This document shows, piece after piece, positions 9,933 through 18,357 of a stretch of 58,917 nt of DNA. The position numbers were made by a program, and so were the translations under genes. The number at the start of each line of letters is the position of its first letter. Position 1 is the first letter of the stretch. The DNA comes from Eubacteriales bacterium (GTDB lineage: Bacteria > Bacillota > Clostridia > Oscillospirales > CAG-272). The stretch covers positions 1 to 58,917 of the forward strand of contig JAZSBH010000091.1 of assembly GCA_045602325.1 (NCBI GenBank). The letters are read 5' to 3'. Below the pieces are notes generated by a model. That model saw only the letters and a program-made list of their open reading frames with translations, was not told the DNA's origin and searched no databases.

Positions 9933-10067
9933 TTAGTAGGTCAGTCTCTTTCTGCCCTTGGCACGTCTTCTCTTGAGAACTTTGCGACCATCAGAGGTCT
10001 TCATTCTCTTTCTGGAGCCATGCTCCTTCTTTCTCTGACGCTTCTTAGGCTGGTAAGTTCTGTGCAT
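9933..10067 (-). CDS. rpmH: 50S ribosomal protein L34
   Basis: 44 aa [17 protein letters not shown]...[12 protein letters not shown]; AGGAGG RBS. Confidence 0.97.
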   Translation of the reverse strand: MHRTYQPKKRQRKKEHGSRKRMKTSDGRKVLKRRRAKGRKRLTY

Positions 10068-10181
10068 TTTGGTTACCTCCTTCAAGATTTGCTGTCGGGG
10101 CGTAATTCTGCCGGTCTGACAGGCGCAGAAATCCTGTACGTACCTGTACGTATGCACAGAGCGCACGACATTGACTGTTAT

Positions 10182-10210
10182 ATTATAACCGCAAGATCCC
10201 GATTTGTCAA
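10182..10210 (-). promoter_or_regulatory. Sigma-A promoter of the rpmH operon
   Basis: TTGACA-17bp-TATAAT on the minus strand. Confidence 0.85.
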
Positions 10211-10271
10211 GGGTTTTTTTGAATTTTTTTCAAAAATCCGCTCCGAAACCGAAAATTTGTACAAATTAACC

Positions 10272-11588
10272 TCACGCGGTCTCGGTTTCGGTCTCGTTAT
10301 CGGTGGTGCTGACGATAGGTGTGCCGTCCTCGTAGGTAAACGTGACCTGATCCATGAGCCATTTGTCCAGCTTGGTGGCGAAAGCGGCCTCGGTGAGGAA
10401 CACCTCGCCCATGTTCTGAATGATCTCCTCCTCGGTCATGTAGCCGTAGTAGTAGTCCACCCAGTACTTGACCTGCTCGTCAAACTCCTCCTTGGAGACA
10501 GTCTCCAAGCCTTCCAGCTCGGCAATGGCGTGGGTGATCATGTCGCGGCTGACCATAAGCTCGGCCATCTTGGTGACCTCGGCCTCCCAATCGGAGCCCT
10601 TATCCAGTCCCAAGTAAACCACGGCGAAGGCACCCAGATCGGGATACACCTTCAAAAACTCATCGCCGCCAGAGGACTTGTAGTAGTCGTAGTAGTATTC
10701 CACCTCGGATTTATAGGCATCGAAGTAGTAGGCCACCTCGGTGGCAGGAAGGTTCTTGCACACCGCCTTTTCGGTCAGATGGTTCCACAGCGCATCGACC
10801 TTGGCGTTCTCCACGTTGGTGGCGTTCTTGGTCACCAGGGTCTCGTAGACATAGTCCTCGAATTCATCCAGCAAAGCCTCATCGCTGGCGTAGAACTCGT
10901 CCTTGGGCTTGTACTTCAAGGTGTTGACCACGAAATCGCGGTTGTACTCGGGCAGGGTGTACTGCACGGCGTACTCCACCACGATCTGGAAGGTGGCTTC
11001 CTTACCGGCCAACTCCTCGGCATAGTCCTCAGGGAAGGTCACCTTGATCTCGGCGGGCTTGGTCTTGGAGGTGGTATTGGGAACAAGGCCGATCAGCGCA
11101 TCCTCAAAGCCGGGGATGAACGCACCCGAGCCAATACCCAGGGTGTAGGGCTTCTCATCGTCCCAGTTGGAGCCGCCGTCGAATTCCTTGCCATCCACGA
11201 AGCCCTTATAGTAAATGTAGGCATCGTCACCCAACTTCAGGGGCTGATCCTTAACCATGGTGGTGCCGTTGACGGCGGTACGCTTGGAGAACAGGATAGA
11301 GGACTTGATGTACGTCTGCACATCCTCGTCATCCACCTTCAGGGAGTCGGGAATGGTCAGGGTCAGACCCGTGTAATCCTCACGGGCAATGGTTACGTCA
11401 CCGGCCACGTCGGCAGCCATGTAGTCGTAACGGGGGATAGCCGTAACGGCCTCGGTCTCGGCGGTGGTGCCGGTTCCTGTGGCATTGCCCGTACCGGTCT
11501 CGGTGGTGTTATCGCCGCCCTTGCAGGCGGTCAGGGTGGTAACGAGCATGGCCGCGGCCAGCATCATAAGCAGTACTTTTCGATTCAT
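10272..11588 (-). CDS. Trigger-factor-like FKBP PPIase lipoprotein, paralogue A
   Basis: Lipobox LTAC; GDDAYIYYKGFVDGKEFDGG...IGSGAFIPGFEDALIG...VTFPEDYAEELAGKEATF; helical C-terminal domain. Confidence 0.85.
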   Translation of the reverse strand: MNRKVLLMMLAAAMLVTTLTACKGGDNTTETGTGNATGTGTTAETEAVTAIPRYDYMAADVAGDVTIAREDYTGLTLTIPDSLKVDDEDVQTYIKSSILFSKRTAVNGTTMVKDQPLKLGDDAYIYYKGFVDGKEFDGGSNWDDEKPYTLGIGSGAFIPGFEDALIGLVPNTTSKTKPAEIKVTFPEDYAEELAGKEATFQIVVEYAVQYTLPEYNRDFVVNTLKYKPKDEFYASDEALLDEFEDYVYETLVTKNATNVENAKVDALWNHLTEKAVCKNLPATEVAYYFDAYKSEVEYYYDYYKSSGGDEFLKVYPDLGAFAVVYLGLDKGSDWEAEVTKMAELMVSRDMITHAIAELEGLETVSKEEFDEQVKYWVDYYYGYMTEEEIIQNMGEVFLTEAAFATKLDKWLMDQVTFTYEDGTPIVSTTDNETETETA

Positions 11589-11623
11589 CGTCTTTCTCCT
11601 TTATACTTGTTGGCGGGTAACGG

Positions 11624-13063
11624 TCACTCCGCCTCGGTCTCGTAGGTAAAGTTGACCTGCTCCAGCAGCCACTTCTGGATCTTCTCAGCGAACGCGGTCT
11701 CGCGAATGGTCGCCTCGCCCATATTGGCCACGATCTCTTCCTCGGTCATGTAGCCCTGGTAGTAGTCTACCCAATACTGAATCTCGGCCTTATACTCTTC
11801 GTCGGTGACCGACTCCATCCCCTCCATCTCGGCAATGGCGTGGCCGATCATGTCCTTGGAAACCATATTGGTGCTGATGGTCAGCAGCTCGGCCTTCCAG
11901 TCGCCGTCCTTTTCCACGCCCACGTAAGAGCGGGCGAAATCGTCAAAGGTAGGATAGGTTTCGGTGAAGGATGCACCGCCGTAGGATTTGTAGTAGTCGT
12001 AGTAATACTCGATCTCGTCCAGGTAGGCGTTGTAGTAGTAATCCAGCTCCATTTGCGGATGATTCTTGCAGACGGCTACCTCAGTCAGGTAGTTCCAGAG
12101 TGCGTCGATCTTGGCGTACTCCAGATCCTCTGCAATATCCTTCTCCAGATATTCGCGGACGTAGTCCTCGAATTCGTCCAGATACGCCGCATCACCGGCA
12201 TAAAAGTCCTTCTGGCCCTCGTACTTAAGGGTGTTCTCCACGAAATCGCGGTTGTACTCGGGCAGGCTGTACTGCACGGCGTATTCCACCGCCACGTAGA
12301 AGACGACGTCCTTCCCTGCCAGCTCTTCGGTGTAGTTCTCGGGGAAGGTCACATGGATCTCGGCGGGGCTATCCTTGGTGGCGTTCGCGGGAATCACACC
12401 CACGAGCCCCTCTTCAAAGCCGGGAATAAAGGCACCGGATCCCAATCCCAGGGTGTAGGGGTTGGTATCGTTCCAGTTGGAGCCGCCGTCGAATTCCTCA
12501 CCGTTCAGTACGCCCTTATAGTAAATATAGGCGTCGTCACCCCACTTCATGGGTTGATCCTTCATTTGCACGGTTCCGTTGTCGGCGGTGCGGTACTGAA
12601 AGCGGATGCTTTCGATGTAGTCCATCACGGCCTCGTCGGTGATCTGCAGGGAGGCGGGGAGCTTCAGCTCCATATTGGTATACCCGGACTTGTCGATGGT
12701 CACGTCGGAGGCCACCTCGGCGTTCATGTAGTCGTAACGGGGGGCGGCAGTAACCGGCTCGGTGGAGGCCTCAGTAGCTTCCTCCGCGGTTTCGCTGACG
12801 GTTTCGCTGACGGTTTCGTTTTCTGTGTCGGGCTCGGTCACATCCGCAGTGCTGTCAACGGTGGTGGTGGCACCGGTATCCTCCGCGGGCTTTTGCAGGC
12901 CGCACTCGGAGCAGAATTTTCCCGTGTTGGCGTTGCCGCAGTCACAGACCCAGGTCTCCACGGCGGTATCGGCGGGTTGATTATTTCCACCGGTGCAGGA
13001 AACCAATGCGGTCAACGCGAGCAGACACAGCGTCAGCACGAGAATCAGGGAAAGCTTTTTCAT
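11624..13063 (-). CDS. Trigger-factor-like FKBP PPIase lipoprotein, paralogue B, with Cys-rich zinc-ribbon-like motif
   Basis: Lipobox LVSC; WVCDCGNANTGKFCSECG; Thr/Glu linker; same FKBP motifs as paralogue A. Confidence 0.85.
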   Translation of the reverse strand: MKKLSLILVLTLCLLALTALVSCTGGNNQPADTAVETWVCDCGNANTGKFCSECGLQKPAEDTGATTTVDSTADVTEPDTENETVSETVSETAEEATEASTEPVTAAPRYDYMNAEVASDVTIDKSGYTNMELKLPASLQITDEAVMDYIESIRFQYRTADNGTVQMKDQPMKWGDDAYIYYKGVLNGEEFDGGSNWNDTNPYTLGLGSGAFIPGFEEGLVGVIPANATKDSPAEIHVTFPENYTEELAGKDVVFYVAVEYAVQYSLPEYNRDFVENTLKYEGQKDFYAGDAAYLDEFEDYVREYLEKDIAEDLEYAKIDALWNYLTEVAVCKNHPQMELDYYYNAYLDEIEYYYDYYKSYGGASFTETYPTFDDFARSYVGVEKDGDWKAELLTISTNMVSKDMIGHAIAEMEGMESVTDEEYKAEIQYWVDYYQGYMTEEEIVANMGEATIRETAFAEKIQKWLLEQVNFTYETEAE

Positions 13064-13307
13064 GAAATAACTCCTTTTCGGGGCGTTCCGATGCGCATTT
13101 CTCCGCATCGGAAAAGCAATACCTAATCATAATACTACCTTTTTATAAAAAAATCAAGTCTATTTTTTGAATTCACAGAAATTTCAGGCGGTTTCCACCG
13201 TCTACCCACAGGGAAATCGGCAGAATTTACATCGTGTTCACAACTTATCGCTCTTTGGATGTTATTATGAAGGGGATAGCAAAAACAGTCGAAAAGGAGG
13301 GCAAGAC

Positions 13308-14114
13308 ATGCCCCGATCCGTCTTTTTGGATACTCATACACTCCAACAAGCCCTTGGAGTCTATGCCGATACCGTGGACGTCACCCTGTTTGACACCGTG
13401 GACTCCACCAATAACGCTGCCAAGTCGACCGCTCTTACGGCAGACCGCCCCGCTGTATACATCGCACGCACCCAAACGGGGGGACGGGGACGGCTGGGGC
13501 GCTCCTTCCATTCCCCCGCCGACACGGGACTATACATGACGGTGGCCTATACCACCGATACACCCCTGACCGAGGCGGTTCGCATGACGGCGGAAGCCGC
13601 CGTGGCCGCCATAGCCGCCATCGAGGCACTAACCGACAAGCGACCTGCCATCAAGTGGGTCAACGACGTGTATCTGGACGGGTGCAAGATCGGCGGCATC
13701 CTCACCGAGGCGGTCACCCGCCCCGACGGTCACAACCGCATGATCGTGGGGCTGGGCATCAACCTCACCACTACGGAATTCCCCGACGGTCTCCGCGCCC
13801 CCGCGTCCTGCCTGTTCCCTCCTCATGAAGCATCCCCGGCCACCCCCACCTTTCCGGGCACACTGGCGGGAGAGATCACCCGCCGTCTGTTGGAAGCGGT
13901 CAACGGCGATACGGAGCGGGCAGAACGCTTGTCCTTTTACCGCCAACACCTTCTCTATACGGGCGAGTCGGTTATCTGCACTCGCGGAAGCGAAAGCTTT
14001 ACAGGCACCGTAGAGGGGGTCAGCGACGATTATTCCCTGCTGGTCACGGTGGATGGGAAGACCCGCATTCTGTCATCGGGAGAAATCACCGTCCGCCCAC
14101 TTGGCAAAATCTAA
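13308..14114 (+). CDS. birA: Biotin-protein ligase without N-terminal HTH
   Basis: DSTNN, QTGGRGRLGRSF, KWVND, KIGGIL, GLGIN; AGGAGG RBS before 13308. Confidence 0.9.
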   Translation: MPRSVFLDTHTLQQALGVYADTVDVTLFDTVDSTNNAAKSTALTADRPAVYIARTQTGGRGRLGRSFHSPADTGLYMTVAYTTDTPLTEAVRMTAEAAVAAIAAIEALTDKRPAIKWVNDVYLDGCKIGGILTEAVTRPDGHNRMIVGLGINLTTTEFPDGLRAPASCLFPPHEASPATPTFPGTLAGEITRRLLEAVNGDTERAERLSFYRQHLLYTGESVICTRGSESFTGTVEGVSDDYSLLVTVDGKTRILSSGEITVRPLGKI

Positions 14115-14191
14115 TATTTTGCGTTTCGTTCAATACAAGGTCACAAATTTGTGGTACTATACACCTATCCCCGATTCACAAGGAGGTTTTT

Positions 14192-16339
14192 ATGCGTCAT
14201 TTTCTTAAGCTTTGCCTGCCCGTCCTGTTGATGATCCTGTTGATCGCTCTAGCGGCCTGCACTACTGACCCCCCCCAAGCCCCCGAGACCGATGGCGGCA
14301 CCGAGGCCCTTACCGCCGAGGTCACCGAAACACCCACACAGCCGAAGGAAACCGAGGCTCCCTCCGAGGAAGCCACCGATGAAACCACGGAGACTCCCAC
14401 CGAGGCGCCCACCGAGCCCGCAGAGACCGTCCCCGATGACAATGACATCGTGGCGGCTTCCCCCGATAAACTGAATTTTACCCCCACCGTTACCGTCACG
14501 GCCGGCGGAAGCACCGCTACGGTCACCCACGAGGACGGTCTGACCTATACCGCCTCGGGCTATACCTCTGCCGAAGGAAACAAACTGACCTTCACCAAAG
14601 GGCTAACTCTCACCTTCGATCCCGCCAATACCGCCGAGGCCTTCAACCGTTTTACCCTGGGCTACACCTCCACCCAGCCCCTGTACGGCAAGGTGTCCTA
14701 TACTCTGGGCGGCAAGACCGTCACCGACGATTTTTACCTGGAAGCAGGGGAGAACACCTTCTCCTGCGTCATCGGACAGTATCTGAACAGCAAAAAGGGC
14801 ACGGGTATCACCTCCATGACCTTTGAGACCTGCAACGACAAGTCCGCCGACTTTGCCCTATGCGTGCTGAACACCGTGGAATACCCCGTCTACGGCACCG
14901 ACAGCGACACCTACTACATCGAGACCCTCCGCTACAAGCTGGGTATCCGCCTGGGCTGGGGCGGCGGCATTAACTACATCGAGGACAAGAACGATGAGTC
15001 CCGCCGTCTGGAGAATCTGGTCAACCAGGCCGACACGGGACGGCTCATTCAGCAGTCCTACTACGGTGTCCAGCAAAACGCCGAGTATACCCCCGGCCAT
15101 TTCAACGGCTCCACGTGGGCGTACAACCCCGTACAGGGCGGTGATAAGGAACAAAACCATTCCCGCATCATCGACATCGTAGTCACCGACCGCTCGGTCT
15201 ACGTCAAGTCCCAGCCTCAGGACTGGGCCAAGGACAACGAAATTACCCCCTCTTACATGGAGAACACCTACACGGTCTACTCCGACCGCATCCAGGTAGA
15301 TAACCGCTTTGTGGATTTCTCGGGCTGGACCCACCGCTACGCCCACCAGGAGCTCCCCGCATTCTACACGGTCAGTTACCTCAGCCGCTTCACCCTGTAT
15401 AACGGCACCAAGCCCTGGACCGATGACACTCTATCCTACCGCGACGATCTGAATTTCTGGGGGGATTCCACATACTACAACGACTGCACCTTCCTCATCA
15501 AGAACAGCAATACCGAGACCTGGTGCGCCTGGACCAGCCCCAGAGAGGATTTCGGCATCGGCCTGTACGTCCCCAACGTGGACTCCCTACTGGCCGGCCG
15601 CCACGCCTTTAACAACTCCCCCTATTCCACCGACGGAGCCTGTAACTACGTAGCCCCCGTCAACACCATCATCCTGACCTCCTTTGAGGCACTGGAGTAC
15701 AGCTACCTCATCTCCACGGGCTCGGTGGAGGAGATCCGCGCAACCTTCAAGGAAAATAAGGATTTCGCCACCAACGAGACCCTCCACAAGAATTACCAAT
15801 CCCGTCGTGTGGCGGATAGTACGGTAGCCACAAACGAACGCCCTTACACCGATCTGGGTGCCGATACCGGCAGCAACGAAAACGCCGCCGACACCCTCTC
15901 GGAAAATCTGGACCTGACCAAAAAGGCCAATACCTCTCTTGTAATCGCCTCCAGCAACACCGCCGTTGGCTTCAGCGAGGCTGAGGGAGCCATGGAACTC
16001 ACCGTGAAAGGCGCAGATCCCCACGTCACCATTGTCTACGACGGAGTTCTGTCTGCCAACACTTACAAGACCATAGAGATCACCTATATGCTTCCCTCCT
16101 CCAATAGTGCCGGCAACAACGTCACCGACCTTTTCCTCTGCGCCGGAAACGTAACCAACCCGGATCCGGGTGCCAGCGTGCGTATCCAGCACACCGCCGA
16201 CGGACAGTACCATACCATGGTGATCGACCTCTCGGATAAGTCCTTCTGGCAAGGCGATATCCACAAGATCCGTCTGGATTACCTGGACGGCTGCGCCGCA
16301 GACGATACGATGTATATCAAGAGCATTATCCTAAAGTAA
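14192..16339 (+). CDS. Secreted lipoprotein of unknown function with probable C-terminal CBM-like beta-sandwich
   Basis: Lipobox LAAC, Pro/Thr/Glu linker, GRLIQQSYYG and WAYNPVQGGD blocks. Confidence 0.75.
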   Translation: MRHFLKLCLPVLLMILLIALAACTTDPPQAPETDGGTEALTAEVTETPTQPKETEAPSEEATDETTETPTEAPTEPAETVPDDNDIVAASPDKLNFTPTVTVTAGGSTATVTHEDGLTYTASGYTSAEGNKLTFTKGLTLTFDPANTAEAFNRFTLGYTSTQPLYGKVSYTLGGKTVTDDFYLEAGENTFSCVIGQYLNSKKGTGITSMTFETCNDKSADFALCVLNTVEYPVYGTDSDTYYIETLRYKLGIRLGWGGGINYIEDKNDESRRLENLVNQADTGRLIQQSYYGVQQNAEYTPGHFNGSTWAYNPVQGGDKEQNHSRIIDIVVTDRSVYVKSQPQDWAKDNEITPSYMENTYTVYSDRIQVDNRFVDFSGWTHRYAHQELPAFYTVSYLSRFTLYNGTKPWTDDTLSYRDDLNFWGDSTYYNDCTFLIKNSNTETWCAWTSPREDFGIGLYVPNVDSLLAGRHAFNNSPYSTDGACNYVAPVNTIILTSFEALEYSYLISTGSVEEIRATFKENKDFATNETLHKNYQSRRVADSTVATNERPYTDLGADTGSNENAADTLSENLDLTKKANTSLVIASSNTAVGFSEAEGAMELTVKGADPHVTIVYDGVLSANTYKTIEITYMLPSSNSAGNNVTDLFLCAGNVTNPDPGASVRIQHTADGQYHTMVIDLSDKSFWQGDIHKIRLDYLDGCAADDTMYIKSIILK

Positions 16340-16349
16340 TGCCCATCAT

Positions 16350-16389
16350 AAAAAACCACCGCTTTCCACTCGGGTTGCGGTGGTTTTTT
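16350..16389. terminator. Bidirectional intrinsic terminator
   Basis: AAAAAACCACCGC...GCGGTGGTTTTTT between convergent genes. Confidence 0.8.
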
Positions 16390-16397
16390 CTCTTTTT

Positions 16398-16454
16398 AAG
16401 GTTCTTGAAAAGGGGAGCGGGGGAAAAACTTCTTGTAAGAAGTTTTTCCCCCGC
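16398..16454. repeat. Intergenic palindromic repeat, copy 2
   Basis: AAGGTTCTTG...GCGGGGGAAAAACTTCTT-GT-AAGAAGTTTTTCCCCCGC. Confidence 0.55.
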
Positions 16455-16467
16455 ATCATAACATATA

Positions 16468-18357
16468 TTACCCCTTGCGCAGACGTTCCTCGTCGACCAT
16501 GAGCTTATGGAGCTCGTAGTAACGGCCTCCGAGGGCTATGAGGGCTTCGTGGTTGCCCTGCTCCACGATCTCACCGCTTGACAGCACGATGATGTTGTCG
16601 GCGTGACGGATGGTGGACAGACGGTGGGCGACCATGAGCATAGTACCGATGTTCATCATCTTCTCCAGGGAGTCCTGGATGAGCAGCTCGGTCTCGGTAT
16701 CGATGTTGGCGGTGGCCTCGTCCAGGATCATGACAGAGGGCTTATGAACGATCACACGGGCAAAGGACAGCAGCTGGCGCTGACCAGCCGAGAGGTTATT
16801 TCCACGGTCACGCACGGGCTCGTCCAGACCGCCCTCCAATTTCGCGATGAAGCGGTCGGCGTTGACGTAACGGCAGGCTTCCATGACCTCCTCGTCGGGA
16901 ATGTAATCAGCACCCAGCACGATGTTGGAGCGGACTGTGCCCGAGAACAGGAACACGTCCTGAAGCATCTGGCCGAAATGACGGCGGAGCGACGAGATCT
17001 TGATCTCGCGGATATCGCGCCCGTCAATGAGAATCTGCCCCTCCTGAATGTCGTAGTGACGACAGATAAGGGAGAGGATGGTAGTCTTACCCGAGCCCGT
17101 CGCGCCGACGAAGGCCACGGTCTGTCCGGCCTCCACCTTGAAGGACACGCCCTTCAGCACCCATTCGCCGGGAACGTAGGCGAACCATACGTCGCGGAAC
17201 TCGATCTCGCCGCGAATCTCCTCCAGCTCCACCGCGTCGGGGGCGTCCTGAATCTCAGGAACCATATCAAAGACGGTGAAGATCTTCTCAGCCGAGGCCA
17301 TGGCTGACTGGAGCCAGTTGAACTGCTCAGCCAGGGATTGAATGGGGTTGAAGAACTTGTTGATGTACATATAGAAGGACACTACGATACCGCCGTTGAT
17401 CATCTGACCCAAGAAGGGGGTATTCTGAATGACACCCTTAGAGCCCAGATAGAACAGGCACATGACCGAAGCGACGTAGAGCATGTACACAACGGGACGG
17501 AAGACACCGAAGACGAAGATCTGATCCCGCTTGGCCTTGCCGAGGGCGTTGTTCTTGCGATCGAACTCGTTCTTTTTGAAGGCCTCACGGTTGAAGATCT
17601 GGATGATCTTCATGCCCGACAGGTTCTCGGAGAGGAAGGTGTTGATGTCGGTGGTGCCGTCCTTGACACGGCGGTAGGCCTTGCGGGAGAACTTACGGAA
17701 AATGACCGTAAAGAGGACGATGAAGGGCACGAAGCACAGCACCATGAGGGTCAGGGCGTAGTTGAGGCACAGCATAGCCACCAGCACGCCCAAGATAACG
17801 AAGACGTTCTTGACCAGGTTGACGATGATGTGGGTGAACATCATGGAGATGGCCCCCGTATCGTTGGTCACGCGGGTGACCAGCTTACCTACGGGAATGT
17901 GGTTGAGTTGCTCGTGGGACAGGCTTTCGATGTGGACGAACAGATCCTCACGGATGGCAGAGAGGATGCGCTGACCCGTCCTTTGGAGCACGATGGCCTG
18001 GATGTAGGTGCAGACCATGGACACCACCAGGATGGAGGCGTAGAGAGCAACCGACGTATACAGATAGCTCAGGGTAAAGCTCTCTTCTTTAATGGATTCC
18101 GTGAGATTACCGATGATAAGGGGGGACACGATGTCGTATACGATGGAGAAAACCATGAGCAACAGCACCGCAAGGAAGCTGTGCCAATGGGGCCTCGCAT
18201 ACTTCAGAAGCCGACGGATGATCTCGGTGTCCTTCATGTTGCGGTCAAAGCCGATGGCCTCCTTCTTGTCCTTCATGGTGATGTAGGCAACCAGGAATAT
18301 GACGGATAGAACACCCACGATGGCACCCACAATGAGCAAAGGCAGATATTCACGCAT
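16468..18357 (-). CDS. ABC exporter, fused TMD-NBD (consensus-site half)
   Basis: GATGSGKT, LSAGQRQ, ILDEAT, AHR; hydrophobic N-terminal half. Confidence 0.92.
   Translation of the reverse strand: MREYLPLLIVGAIVGVLSVIFLVAYITMKDKKEAIGFDRNMKDTEIIRRLLKYARPHWHSFLAVLLLMVFSIVYDIVSPLIIGNLTESIKEESFTLSYLYTSVALYASILVVSMVCTYIQAIVLQRTGQRILSAIREDLFVHIESLSHEQLNHIPVGKLVTRVTNDTGAISMMFTHIIVNLVKNVFVILGVLVAMLCLNYALTLMVLCFVPFIVLFTVIFRKFSRKAYRRVKDGTTDINTFLSENLSGMKIIQIFNREAFKKNEFDRKNNALGKAKRDQIFVFGVFRPVVYMLYVASVMCLFYLGSKGVIQNTPFLGQMINGGIVVSFYMYINKFFNPIQSLAEQFNWLQSAMASAEKIFTVFDMVPEIQDAPDAVELEEIRGEIEFRDVWFAYVPGEWVLKGVSFKVEAGQTVAFVGATGSGKTTILSLICRHYDIQEGQILIDGRDIREIKISSLRRHFGQMLQDVFLFSGTVRSNIVLGADYIPDEEVMEACRYVNADRFIAKLEGGLDEPVRDRGNNLSAGQRQLLSFARVIVHKPSVMILDEATANIDTETELLIQDSLEKMMNIGTMLMVAHRLSTIRHADNIIVLSSGEIVEQGNHEALIALGGRYYELHKLMVDEERLRKG

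Noticed and set aside
13165-13250. DnaA-box-like words (GAATTCACA, CTACCCACA, TGTTCACA) as a possible oriC
   Set aside because: All deviate from TTATCCACA at two or more positions and no dnaA or dnaN is nearby
14280-14440. ACCGAG-rich repeats here and at about 12760-12850 as a CRISPR-like array
   Set aside because: They encode Thr/Glu/Pro linkers; no constant repeat-spacer period and no cas genes
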